Sequence record: AY264776.1 | Reading direction: 5' to 3' (one strand) | DNA from: Escherichia phage T7 | Length of the DNA: 37,664 nt | Shown: one piece after another, positions 1 to 8,662 of the stretch | Numbering within the stretch: the first letter of the stretch is position 1 | Layout of the letters: each line of letters begins with the position of its first letter | The notes under the pieces: generated by a model | The model's database searches: none | Told to the model about the DNA's origin: nothing | Seen by the model: only the letters and a program-made list of their open reading frames with translations | Position numbers and translations under genes: made by a program

Positions 1-137
1 TCCCCCATAGGGGGTACCTAAAGCCCAGCCAATCATCTAAAGTCAACCTTCGGTTGACCTTGAGGGTTCCCTAAGGGTTGGGGATGACCCTTGGGTTTGT
101 CTTTGGGTGTTACTTTGAGTGTTTCTCTGTGTCCCTA
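1..137. repeat. Left terminal direct repeat (partial; window starts ~23 bp inside the T7 terminal repeat)
   Basis: Bases 1-137 are repeated almost exactly at 37534-37664; sequence matches the T7 terminal redundancy (tcccccatagggggtacctaaagcccagcc...). Confidence 0.9.
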
Positions 138-149
138 TCTGTTACAGTC

Positions 150-350
150 TCCTAAAGTATCCTCCTAAAGTCACCTCTTAACGTCCATCCTAAAGCCAAC
201 ACCTAAAGCCAACACCTAAAGACCCATCAAGTCAACGCCTATCTTAAAGTTTAAACATAAAGACCAGACCTAAAGACCAGACCTAAAGACACTACATAAA
301 GACCAGACCTAAAGACGCCTTGTTGTTAACCATAAAGTGATAACCTTTAA
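150..350. repeat. Left-end short repeat array (cctaaag / ataaag heptamer family, SRL-like)
   Basis: Iterated cctaaag, acctaaagccaac x2, ataaagaccagacctaaagac x3 seen directly; matches the repeat region next to the T7 left terminal repeat. Confidence 0.8.
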
Positions 351-363
351 TCATTGTCTTTAT

Positions 364-386
364 TAATACAACTCACTATAAGGAGA
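364..386 (+). promoter_or_regulatory. T7 RNAP promoter phiOL (variant taatacaactcactataaggaga)
   Basis: 23-bp T7 promoter-like element, position equivalent to phiOL. Confidence 0.8.
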
Positions 387-437
387 GACAACTTAAAGAG
401 ACTTAAAAGATTAATTTAAAATTTATCAAAAAAAGTA

Positions 438-474
438 TTGACTTAAAGTCTAACCTATAGGATACTTACAGCCA
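438..474 (+). promoter_or_regulatory. E. coli sigma70 early promoter A1
   Basis: ttgact -35 (438-443), 17-bp spacer, gatact -10 (461-466); T7 A1 context. Confidence 0.85.
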
Positions 475-564
475 TCGAGAGGGACACGGCGAATAACCAT
501 CCCAATCGACACCGGGGTCAACCGAATAAATAGACAGCCTGATAAGTCGCACGAAAAACAGGTA

Positions 565-602
565 TTGACAACATGAAGTAACATGCAGTAAGATACAAAT
601 CG
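565..602 (+). promoter_or_regulatory. E. coli sigma70 early promoter A2
   Basis: ttgaca -35 (565-570), taagat -10 (589-594). Confidence 0.85.
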
Positions 603-689
603 CTAGGTAACATTAGCAGCGTCAACCGGGCGCACAGTGCCTTCTAGGTGACTTAAGCGCACCACGGCACATAAGGTGAAACAAAACAG

Positions 690-726
690 TTGACAACATG
701 AAGTAAACACGGTACGATGTACCACA
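690..726 (+). promoter_or_regulatory. E. coli sigma70 early promoter A3
   Basis: ttgaca -35 (690-695), 17-bp spacer, tacgat -10 (713-718). Confidence 0.85.
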
Positions 727-825
727 TGAAACGACAGTGAGTTACCACACTGAAAGGTGATGCGGTCTAACGAAACCTGACCTAAGACGCTCTTTAACAA
801 TCTGGTAAATAGCTCTTGAGTGCAT

Positions 826-886
826 GACTAGCGGATAACTCAAGGATATCGCAAGGTGCCCTTTATGATATTCACTAATAACTGCA
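826..886 (+). promoter_or_regulatory. RNase III processing site R0.3 (stem-loop upstream of gene 0.3)
   Basis: Conserved ctcaagg...gccctttatgat hairpin motif shared by other intergenic sites in this window. Confidence 0.5.
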
Positions 887-900
887 CGAGGTAACACAAG

Positions 901-1254
901 ATGGCTATGTCTAACATGACTTACAACAACGTTTTCAACCACGCTTACGAAATGCTGAAAGAAAATATCCGTTATGATGACATCCGTGACACTGATGACC
1001 TGCACGATGCTATTCACATGACTGCCGATAATGCAGTTCCGCACTACTACGCTGACATCTTTAGCGTAATGGCAAGTGAGGGCATTGACCTTGAGTTCGA
1101 AGACTCTGGTCTGATGCCTAACACTAAGGACGTAATCCGCATCCTGCAAGCGCGTATCTATGAGCAATTAACGATTGACCTCTGGGAAGACGCAGAAGAC
1201 TTGCTCAATGAATACTTGGAGGAAGTCGAGGAGTACGAGGAGGAGGAAGAGTAA
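901..1254 (+). CDS. 0.3: Ocr, DNA-mimic inhibitor of type I restriction-modification (T7 gene 0.3)
   Basis: 117-aa ORF, highly acidic, recognised as T7 Ocr ([12 protein letters not shown]...EYEEEEE). Confidence 0.95.
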   Translation: MAMSNMTYNNVFNHAYEMLKENIRYDDIRDTDDLHDAIHMTADNAVPHYYADIFSVMASEGIDLEFEDSGLMPNTKDVIRILQARIYEQLTIDLWEDAEDLLNEYLEEVEEYEEEEE

Positions 1255-1409
1255 TGTCTACTACCAACGTGCAATACGGTCTGACCGCTCAAACTGTATT
1301 TTTCTATAGCGACATGGTGCGCTGTGGCTTTAACTGGTCACTCGCAATGGCACAGCTCAAAGAACTGTACGAAAACAACAAGGCAATAGCTTTAGAATCT
1401 GCTGAGTGA
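1254..1409 (+). CDS. 0.4: T7 gene 0.4 small protein
   Basis: 51-codon ORF starting at the ATG overlapping the 0.3 stop ([51 protein letters not shown]); below the ORF-track length cutoff. Confidence 0.8.
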   Translation: MSTTNVQYGLTAQTVFFYSDMVRCGFNWSLAMAQLKELYENNKAIALESAE

Positions 1410-1411
1410 TA

Positions 1412-1465
1412 GACTCAAGGTCGCTCCTAGCGAGTGGCCTTTATGATTATCACTTTACTTATGAG
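1412..1465 (+). promoter_or_regulatory. RNase III site R0.5
   Basis: actcaaggtcgctcctagcgagtggcctttatgatt hairpin. Confidence 0.6.
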
Positions 1466-1471
1466 GAAGTA

Positions 1472-1556
1472 ATGTATATGGACTGATAGTCTTATCTTAC
1501 AGGTCATTTGCGGGTGGCCTGAATAGGTACGATTTACTAACTGAAAGAGGCACTAA
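1472..1556 (+). other. Deletion scar: first codons of gene 0.5 (atgtatatg) joined to the sequence immediately upstream of gene 1; genes 0.5, 0.6, 0.7 absent
   Basis: Gene 0.4 is followed after ~150 bp by the RNA polymerase gene; no kinase (0.7) ORF anywhere in the window. Confidence 0.8.
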
Positions 1557-4208
1557 ATGAACACGATTAACATTGCTAAGAACGACTTCTCTGACATCGA
1601 ACTGGCTGCTATCCCGTTCAACACTCTGGCTGACCATTACGGTGAGCGTTTAGCTCGCGAACAGTTGGCTCTTGAACATGAGTCTTACGAGATGGGTGAA
1701 GCACGCTTCCGCAAGATGTTTGAGCGTCAACTTAAAGCTGGTGAGGTTGCGGATAACGCTGCCGCCAAGCCTCTCATCACTACCCTACTCCCTAAGATGA
1801 TTGCACGCATCAACGACTGGTTTGAGGAAGTGAAAGCTAAGCGCGGCAAGCGTCCGACAGCCTTCCAGTTTCTGCAAGAAATCAAGCCGGAAGCCGTAGC
1901 GTACATCACCATTAAAACCACTCTGGCTTGCCTAACCAGTGCTGACAATATAACCGTTCAGGCTGTAGCAAGCGCAATCGGTCGGGCCATTGAGGACGAG
2001 GCTCGCTTCGGTCGTATCCGTGACCTTGAAGCTAAGCACTTCAAGAAAAACGTTGAGGAACAACTCAACAAGCGCGTAGGGCACGTCTACAAGAAAGCAT
2101 TTATGCAAGTTGTCGAGGCTGACATGCTCTCTAAGGGTCTACTCGGTGGCGAGGCGTGGTCTTCGTGGCATAAGGAAGACTCTATTCATGTAGGAGTACG
2201 CTGCATCGAGATGCTCATTGAGTCAACCGGAATGGTTAGCTTACACCGCCAAAATGCTGGCGTAGTAGGTCAAGACTCTGAGACTATCGAACTCGCACCT
2301 GAATACGCTGAGGCTATCGCAACCCGTGCAGGTGCGCTGGCTGGCATTTCTCCAATGTTCCAACCTTGCGTAATTCCTTCTAAGCCGTGGACTGGCATTA
2401 CTGGTGGTGGCTATTGGGCTAACGGTCGTCGTCCTCTGGCGCTGGTGCGTACTCACAGTAAGAAAGCACTGATGCGCTACGAAAACGTTTACATGCCTGA
2501 GGTGTACAAAGCGATTAACATTGCGCAAAACACCGCATGGAAAATCAACAAGAAAGTCCTAGCGGTCGCCAACGTAATTACCAAGTGGAAGCATTGTCCG
2601 GTCGAGGACATCCCTGCGATTGAGCGTGAAGAACTCCCGATGAAACCGAAAGACATCGACATGAATCCTGAGGCTCTCACCGCGTGGAAACGTGCTGCCG
2701 CTGCTGTGTACCGCAAGGACAAGGCTCGCAAATCTCGCCGTATCAACCTTGAGTTCATGCTTGAGCAAGCCAATAAGTTTGCTAACCATAAGGCCATCTG
2801 GTTCCCTTACAACATGGACTGGCGCGGTCGTGTTTACGCTGTGTCAATGTTCAACCCGCAAGGTAACGATATGACCAAAGGACTGCTTACGCTGGCGAAA
2901 GGTAAACCAATCGGTAAGGAAGGTTACTACTGGCTGAAAATCCACGGTGCAAACTGTGCGGGTGTCGATAAGGTTCCGTTCCCTGAGCGCATCAAGTTCA
3001 TTGAGGAAAACCACGAGAACATCATGGCTTGTGCTAAGTCTCCACTGGAGAACACTTGGTGGGCTGAGCAAAATTCTCCGTTCTGCTTCCTTGCGTTCTG
3101 CTTTGAGTACGCTGGAGTACAGCACCACGGCCTGAGCTATAACTGCTCCCTTCCGCTGGCGTTTGACGGGTCTTGCTCTGGCATCCAGCACTTCTCCGCG
3201 ATGCTCCGAGATGAGGTAGGTGGTCGCGCGGTTAACTTGCTTCCTAGTGAAACCGTTCAGGACATCTACGGGATTGTTGCTAAAAAAGTCAACGAGATTC
3301 TACAAGCAGACGCAATCAATGGGACTGATAACGAAGTAGTTACCGTGACCGATGAGAACACTGGTGAAATCTCTGAGAAAATCAAACTGGGCACTAAGGC
3401 ACTGGCTGGTCAATGGCTGGCTTACGGTGTTACTCGCAGTGTGACTAAGCGTTCAGTCATGACGCTGGCTTACGGGTCCAAAGAGTTCGGCTTCCGTCAA
3501 CAAGTGCTAGAAGATACCATTCAGCCAGCTATTGATTCCGGCAAGGGTCTGATGTTCACTCAGCCGAATCAGGCTGCTGGATACATGGCTAAGCTGATTT
3601 GGGAATCTGTGAGCGTGACGGTGGTAGCTGCGGTTGAAGCAATGAACTGGCTTAAGTCTGCTGCTAAGCTGCTGGCTGCTGAGGTCAAAGATAAGAAGAC
3701 TGGAGAGATTCTTCGCAAGCGTTGCGCTGTGCATTGGGTAACTCCTGATGGTTTCCCTGTGTGGCAGGAATACAAGAAGCCTATTCAGACGCGCTTGAAC
3801 CTGATGTTCCTCGGTCAGTTCCGCTTACAGCCTACCATTAATACCAACAAAGATAGCGAGATTGATGCACACAAACAGGAGTCTGGTATCGCTCCTAACT
3901 TTGTACACAGTCAAGACGGTAGCCATCTTCGTAAGACTGTAGTGTGGGCACACGAGAAGTACGGAATCGAATCTTTTGCACTGATTCACGACTCCTTCGG
4001 TACCATTCCGGCTGACGCTGCGAACCTGTGCAAAGCAGTGCGCGAAACTATGGTTGACACATATGAGTCTTGTGATGTACTGGCTGATTTCTACGACCAG
4101 TTCGCTGACCAGTTGCACGAGTCTCAATTGGACAAAATGCCAGCACTTCCGGCTAAAGGTAACTTGAACCTCCGTGACATCTTAGAGTCGGACTTCGCGT
4201 TCGCGTAA
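1557..4208 (+). CDS. 1: T7 DNA-directed RNA polymerase
   Basis: 883 aa; catalytic HDSFG motif and C-terminal FAFA present. Confidence 0.98.
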   Translation: MNTINIAKNDFSDIELAAIPFNTLADHYGERLAREQLALEHESYEMGEARFRKMFERQLKAGEVADNAAAKPLITTLLPKMIARINDWFEEVKAKRGKRPTAFQFLQEIKPEAVAYITIKTTLACLTSADNITVQAVASAIGRAIEDEARFGRIRDLEAKHFKKNVEEQLNKRVGHVYKKAFMQVVEADMLSKGLLGGEAWSSWHKEDSIHVGVRCIEMLIESTGMVSLHRQNAGVVGQDSETIELAPEYAEAIATRAGALAGISPMFQPCVIPSKPWTGITGGGYWANGRRPLALVRTHSKKALMRYENVYMPEVYKAINIAQNTAWKINKKVLAVANVITKWKHCPVEDIPAIEREELPMKPKDIDMNPEALTAWKRAAAAVYRKDKARKSRRINLEFMLEQANKFANHKAIWFPYNMDWRGRVYAVSMFNPQGNDMTKGLLTLAKGKPIGKEGYYWLKIHGANCAGVDKVPFPERIKFIEENHENIMACAKSPLENTWWAEQNSPFCFLAFCFEYAGVQHHGLSYNCSLPLAFDGSCSGIQHFSAMLRDEVGGRAVNLLPSETVQDIYGIVAKKVNEILQADAINGTDNEVVTVTDENTGEISEKIKLGTKALAGQWLAYGVTRSVTKRSVMTLAYGSKEFGFRQQVLEDTIQPAIDSGKGLMFTQPNQAAGYMAKLIWESVSVTVVAAVEAMNWLKSAAKLLAAEVKDKKTGEILRKRCAVHWVTPDGFPVWQEYKKPIQTRLNLMFLGQFRLQPTINTNKDSEIDAHKQESGIAPNFVHSQDGSHLRKTVVWAHEKYGIESFALIHDSFGTIPADAANLCKAVRETMVDTYESCDVLADFYDQFADQLHESQLDKMPALPAKGNLNLRDILESDFAFA

Positions 4209-4215
4209 CGCCAAA

Positions 4216-4239
4216 TCAATACGACTCACTATAGAGGAA
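4216..4239 (+). promoter_or_regulatory. T7 promoter phi1.1A
   Basis: caatacgactcactatagagg. Confidence 0.85.
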
Positions 4240-4291
4240 CAAACTCAAGGTCATTCGCAAAAATGGCCTTTATGATTGATCTTCTTCCGGT

Positions 4292-4313
4292 TAATACGAC
4301 TCACTATAGGAGA
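4292..4313 (+). promoter_or_regulatory. T7 promoter phi1.1B
   Basis: taatacgactcactataggaga. Confidence 0.9.
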
Positions 4314-4392
4314 ACCTTAAGGTTTAACTTTAAGACCCTTAAGTGTTAATTAGAGATTTAAATTAAAGAATTACTAAGAGAGGACTTTAAGT

Positions 4393-4521
4393 ATGCGTAA
4401 CTTCGAAAAGATGATCAAACGTTCTAACCGTAATGCTCGTGACTTCGAGGTAACCAAAGGTCGCAAGTTGAATAAGACTAAGCGTGACCGCTCTCACAAG
4501 CGTAGCTGGGAGAGTCAGTAA
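4393..4521 (+). CDS. 1.1: T7 gene 1.1 protein
   Basis: 42-aa basic ORF MRNFEKMIKRSNRNARDFEVTKGRKLNKTKRDRSHKRSWESQ. Confidence 0.85.
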   Translation: MRNFEKMIKRSNRNARDFEVTKGRKLNKTKRDRSHKRSWESQ

Positions 4522-4522
4522 G

Positions 4523-4780
4523 ATGGGACGTTTATATAGTGGTAATCTGGCAGCATTCAAGGCAGCAACAAACAAGCTGTTCCAGTTAGACTTAGCGGTC
4601 ATTTATGATGACTGGTATGATGTCTATACAAGAAAAGATTGCATACGGTTACGTATTGAGGACAGGAGTGGAAACCTGATTGATACTAACACCTTCTACC
4701 ACCACGACGAGGACGTTCTGTTCAATATGTGTACTGATTGGTTGAACCATATGTATGACCAGTTGAAGGACTGGAAGTAA
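4523..4780 (+). CDS. 1.2: Gene 1.2 protein (inhibitor of host dGTPase)
   Basis: 85 aa from ATG at 4523 (MGRLYSGNLAAFKAATNKLFQ...); ORF track shows an upstream in-frame extension. Confidence 0.9.
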   Translation: MGRLYSGNLAAFKAATNKLFQLDLAVIYDDWYDVYTRKDCIRLRIEDRSGNLIDTNTFYHHDEDVLFNMCTDWLNHMYDQLKDWK

Positions 4781-4800
4781 TACGACTCAGTATAGGGACA
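4778..4800 (+). promoter_or_regulatory. T7 promoter phi1.3
   Basis: taatacgactcagtatagggaca. Confidence 0.9.
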
Positions 4801-4860
4801 ATGCTTAAGGTCGCTCTCTAGGAGTGGCCTTAGTCATTTAACCAATAGGAAATAAACATT

Positions 4861-5940
4861 ATGATGAACATTAAGACTAACCCGTTTAAAGCCGTGTCTT
4901 TCGTAGAGTCTGCCATTAAGAAGGCTCTGGATAACGCTGGGTATCTTATCGCTGAAATCAAGTACAATGATGTACGCGGGAACATCTGCGTAGACAATAC
5001 TGCTAACAGTTACTGGCTCTCTCGTGTATCTAAAACGATTCCGGCACTGGAGCACTTAAACGGGTTTGATGTTCGTTGGAAGCGTTTACTGAACGATGAT
5101 CGTTGCTTCTACAAAGATGGCTTTATGCTTGATGGGGAACTCATGGTCAAGGGCGTAAACTTTAATACAGGGTCCGGTCTACTGCGTACCAAATGGACTG
5201 ACACGAAGAACCAAGAGTTCCATGAAGAGTTATTCGTTGAACCAATCCGTAAGAAAGATAAAGTTCCCTTTAAGCTGCACACTGAACACCTTCACATAAA
5301 ACTGTACGCTATCCTCCCGCTGCACATCGTGGAGTCTGGAAAAGACTGTGATGTCATGACGTTGCTCATGCAGGAACACGTTAAGAACATGCTGCCTCTG
5401 CTACAGGAATATTTTCCTGAAATCGAATGGCAAGCGGCTGAATCTTACGAGGTCTACGATATGGTAGAACTACAGCAACTGTACGAGCAGAAGCGAGCAG
5501 AAGGCCATGAGGGTCTCATTGTGAAAGACCCGATGTGTATCTATAAGCGCGGTAAAAAATCTGGCTGGTGGAAAATGAAACCTGAGAACGAAGCTGACGG
5601 TATCATTCAGGGTCTGATATGGGGTATAAAAGGTCTGGCTAATGAAGGTAAAGTGATTGGTTTTGAGGTGCTTCTTGAGAATGGTCGTTTAGTTAACGCC
5701 ACGAATATTTCTCGTGCCTTAATGGATGAGTTCACTGAGACAGTAAAAGAGGCCACTCTAAGTCAATGGGGATTCTTTAGCCCATACGGTATTGGCGACA
5801 ACGATGCTTGTACTATTAACCCTTACGATGGCTGGGCGTGTCAAATTAGCTACATGGAGGAAACACCTGATGGCTCTTTGCGGCACCCATCGTTCGTAAT
5901 GTTCCGTGGCACTGAGGACAACCCTCAAGAGAAAATGTAA
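4861..5940 (+). CDS. 1.3: ATP-dependent DNA ligase; motif I reads K34-Y-N-D-V-R instead of KxDGxR, so possibly inactive
   Basis: 359 aa; ligase motifs FMLDGELMV, EGLIVKD, WWKMK present; motif I at 4960-4977 is aag tac aat gat gta cgc. Confidence 0.9.
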   Translation: MMNIKTNPFKAVSFVESAIKKALDNAGYLIAEIKYNDVRGNICVDNTANSYWLSRVSKTIPALEHLNGFDVRWKRLLNDDRCFYKDGFMLDGELMVKGVNFNTGSGLLRTKWTDTKNQEFHEELFVEPIRKKDKVPFKLHTEHLHIKLYAILPLHIVESGKDCDVMTLLMQEHVKNMLPLLQEYFPEIEWQAAESYEVYDMVELQQLYEQKRAEGHEGLIVKDPMCIYKRGKKSGWWKMKPENEADGIIQGLIWGIKGLANEGKVIGFEVLLENGRLVNATNISRALMDEFTETVKEATLSQWGFFSPYGIGDNDACTINPYDGWACQISYMEETPDGSLRHPSFVMFRGTEDNPQEKM

Positions 5941-5943
5941 TCA

Positions 5944-5975
5944 CACTGGCTCACCTTCGGGTGGGCTTTTCTGCG
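5944..5975 (+). terminator. Host-type rho-independent terminator TE
   Basis: ggctcaccttcgggtgggc hairpin followed by ttttctgcgttt. Confidence 0.8.
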
Positions 5976-5993
5976 TTTATAAGGAGACACTTT

Positions 5994-6149
5994 ATGTTTA
6001 AGAAGGTTGGTAAATTCCTTGCGGCTTTGGCAGCTATCCTGACGCTTGCGTATATTCTTGCAGTATACCTTCAAGTAGCACTAGTAGTAATTGGCGCTTG
6101 TTATTTAGCGACAGTGTGTGCTTGCGTGTGGAGTATAGTTAACTGGTAA
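5994..6149 (+). CDS. 1.4: T7 gene 1.4 small hydrophobic protein
   Basis: 51 aa MFKKVGKFLAALAAILTLAYILAVYLQVALVVIGACYLATVCACVWSIVNW. Confidence 0.8.
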   Translation: MFKKVGKFLAALAAILTLAYILAVYLQVALVVIGACYLATVCACVWSIVNW

Positions 6150-6170
6150 TACGACTCACTAAAAGAGGTA
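6148..6170 (+). promoter_or_regulatory. T7 promoter phi1.5 (initiating base reads A, not G)
   Basis: taatacgactcactaaaagaggt; compare phi1.6 and phi4.3, which read cactaaaggag. Confidence 0.8.
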
Positions 6171-6176
6171 CACACC

Positions 6177-6269
6177 ATGATGTACTTAATGCCATTACTC
6201 ATCGTCATTGTAGGATGCCTTGCGCTCTACTGTAGCGATGATGATGATATGCCAAATGGTCACGCTTAA
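6177..6269 (+). CDS. 1.5: T7 gene 1.5 small protein
   Basis: 30-codon ORF MMYLMPLLIVIVGCLALYCSDDDDMPNGHA; contains a GAT x4 repeat. Confidence 0.7.
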   Translation: MMYLMPLLIVIVGCLALYCSDDDDMPNGHA

Positions 6270-6289
6270 TACGACTCACTAAAGGAGAC
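6267..6289 (+). promoter_or_regulatory. T7 promoter phi1.6
   Basis: taatacgactcactaaaggagac. Confidence 0.9.
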
Positions 6290-6294
6290 ACTAT

Positions 6295-6555
6295 ATGTTT
6301 CGACTTCATTACAACAAAAGCGTTAAGAATTTCACGATTCGCCGTGCTGACCGTTCAATCGTATGTGCGAGCGAGCGCCGAGCTAAGATACCTCTTATTG
6401 GTAACACAGTTCCTTTGGCACCGAACGTCCACATCATTATCACCCGTGGTGACTTTGAAAAAGCAATAGACAAGAAACGTCCGGTTCTTAGTGTGGCAAT
6501 GACCCGCTTCCCGTTCGTCCGTCTGTTACTCAAACGAATCAAGGAGGTGTTCTGA
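6295..6555 (+). CDS. 1.6: T7 gene 1.6 protein
   Basis: 86-aa ORF at the T7 gene 1.6 position. Confidence 0.85.
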   Translation: MFRLHYNKSVKNFTIRRADRSIVCASERRAKIPLIGNTVPLAPNVHIIITRGDFEKAIDKKRPVLSVAMTRFPFVRLLLKRIKEVF

Positions 6556-7134
6556 TGGGACTGTTAGATGGTGAAGTCTGGGAAAAAAACCCGCCAGTAC
6601 AAGCAACTGGATGTATAGCTTGCTTAGAGAAAGATGACCGTTATCCACACATCTGTAACAAAGGAGCTAACGATATGACTGAACGTGAACAAGAGATGAT
6701 CATTAAGTTGATAGACAATAATGAAGGTCGCCCAAATGATTTGAATGGCTGCGGTATTCTCTGCTCCAATGTCCCTTGCCACTTCTGCCCCACAAATAAC
6801 GATCAAAAGATAACTTTAGGTGAAATCCGAGCGATGGACCCACGTAAACCACATCTGAATAAACCTGAGGTAACTCCTACAGATGACCAGCCTTCCGCTG
6901 AGACAATCGAAGGTGTCACTAAGCCTTCCCACTACATGCTGTTTGACGACATTGAGGCTATCGAAGTGATTGCTCGTTCAATGACCGTTGAGCAGTTCAA
7001 GGGATACTGCTTCGGTAACATCTTAAAGTACAGACTACGTGCTGGTAAGAAGTCAGAGTTAGCGTACTTAGAGAAAGACCTAGCGAAAGCAGACTTCTAT
7101 AAAGAACTCTTTGAGAAACATAAGGATAAATGTT

Positions 7135-7142
<8 letters not shown>
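6555..7142 (+). CDS. 1.7: Gene 1.7 protein (nucleotide kinase)
   Basis: 195-aa ORF, Cys-rich N-terminal region, T7 gp1.7-like. Confidence 0.9.
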
Positions 7143-7475
<333 letters not shown>

Positions 7476-7478
<3 letters not shown>

Positions 7479-7498
7479 TACGACTCACTATTAGGGAA
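7476..7498 (+). promoter_or_regulatory. T7 promoter phi2.5
   Basis: taatacgactcactattagggaa. Confidence 0.9.
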
Positions 7499-7543
7499 GA
7501 CTCCCTCTGAGAAACCAAACGAAACCTAAAGGAGATTAACATT

Positions 7544-8242
7544 ATGGCTAAGAAGATTTTCACCTCTGCGCTGGGTACCGCTGAACCTTACGCTTACATC
7601 GCCAAGCCGGACTACGGTAACGAAGAGCGTGGCTTTGGAAACCCTCGTGGTGTCTATAAAGTTGACCTGACTATTCCCAACAAAGACCCGCGCTGCCAGC
7701 GTATGGTCGATGAAATCGTGAAGTGTCACGAAGAGGCTTATGTTGCTGCCGTTGAGGAATACGAAGCTAATCCACCTGCTGTAGCTCGTGGTAAGAAACC
7801 GCTGAAACCGTATGAGGGTGACATGCCGTTCTTCGATAACGGTGACGGTACGACTACTTTTAAGTTCAAATGCTACGCGTCTTTCCAAGACAAGAAGACC
7901 AAAGAGACCAAGCGCATCAATCTGGTTGTGGTTGACTCAAAAGGTAAGAAGATGGAAGACGTTCCGATTATCGGTGGTGGCTCTAAGCTGAAAGTTAAAT
8001 ATTCTCTGGTTCCATACAAGTGGAACACTGCTGTAGGTGCGAGCGTTAAGCTGCAACTGGAATCCGTGATGCTGGTCGAACTGGCTACCTTTGGTGGCGG
8101 TGAAGACGATTGGGCTGACGAAGTTGAAGAGAACGGCTATGTTGCCTCTGGTTCTGCCAAAGCGAGCAAACCACGCGACGAAGAAAGCTGGGACGAAGAC
8201 GACGAAGAGTCCGAGGAAGCAGACGAAGACGGAGACTTCTAA
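7544..8242 (+). CDS. 2.5: Single-stranded DNA-binding protein gp2.5
   Basis: 232 aa with acidic C-terminal tail ending DEDGDF. Confidence 0.97.
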   Translation: MAKKIFTSALGTAEPYAYIAKPDYGNEERGFGNPRGVYKVDLTIPNKDPRCQRMVDEIVKCHEEAYVAAVEEYEANPPAVARGKKPLKPYEGDMPFFDNGDGTTTFKFKCYASFQDKKTKETKRINLVVVDSKGKKMEDVPIIGGGSKLKVKYSLVPYKWNTAVGASVKLQLESVMLVELATFGGGEDDWADEVEENGYVASGSAKASKPRDEESWDEDDEESEEADEDGDF

Positions 8243-8662
8243 GTGGAACTGCGGGAGAAAATCCTTGAGCGAATCAAGGTGACTTCCTCTGGGTGTTGGG
8301 AGTGGCAGAGCGCTACGAACAATAAAGGGTACGGGCAGGTGTGGTGCAACAATACCGGAAAAGTTGTCTACTGTCATCGCGTAATGTCTAATGCTCCGAA
8401 AGGTTCTACCGTCCTGCACTCCTGTGATAATCCATTATGTTGTAACCCTGAACATCTATCCATAGGAACTCCAAAAGAGAACTCCATTGACATGGTAAAT
8501 AAGGGTCGCTCACACAAGGGGTATAAACTTTCAGACGAAGACGTAATGGCAATCATGGAGTCCAGCGAGTCCAATGTATCCTTAGCTCGCACCTATGGTG
8601 TCTCCCAACAGATTATTTGTGATATACGCAAAAGGAGACGACATGGTAGGTTACGGCGTTAA
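8243..8662 (+). CDS. 2.8: Gene 2.8 protein (HNH endonuclease-like)
   Basis: 139 aa; HNH-like CHRV...H.CDNPLCCNPEHL motif. Confidence 0.85.
   Translation: MELREKILERIKVTSSGCWEWQSATNNKGYGQVWCNNTGKVVYCHRVMSNAPKGSTVLHSCDNPLCCNPEHLSIGTPKENSIDMVNKGRSHKGYKLSDEDVMAIMESSESNVSLARTYGVSQQIICDIRKRRRHGRLRR

Larger units (their letters stand above)
4216..4392 (+). other. Probable primary origin of replication region (phi1.1A/phi1.1B plus AT-rich segment)
   Basis: Tandem T7 promoters followed by an AT-rich tract (taagtgttaattagagatttaaattaaagaattactaag); position as in T7. Confidence 0.5.

Noticed and set aside
742-1167. Minus-strand ORFs throughout the ORF track (e.g. 742..1167, 13585..14118, 21173..21754, 26252..27046)
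   Set aside because: They lie antisense to recognised + strand T7 genes and lack promoters or ribosome-binding sites. T7 is transcribed entirely left to right, so these are shadow ORFs.
901-1254. Ocr as a candidate novel anti-defence gene
   Set aside because: It is the well-characterised T7 gene 0.3 DNA mimic and is expected at this position.
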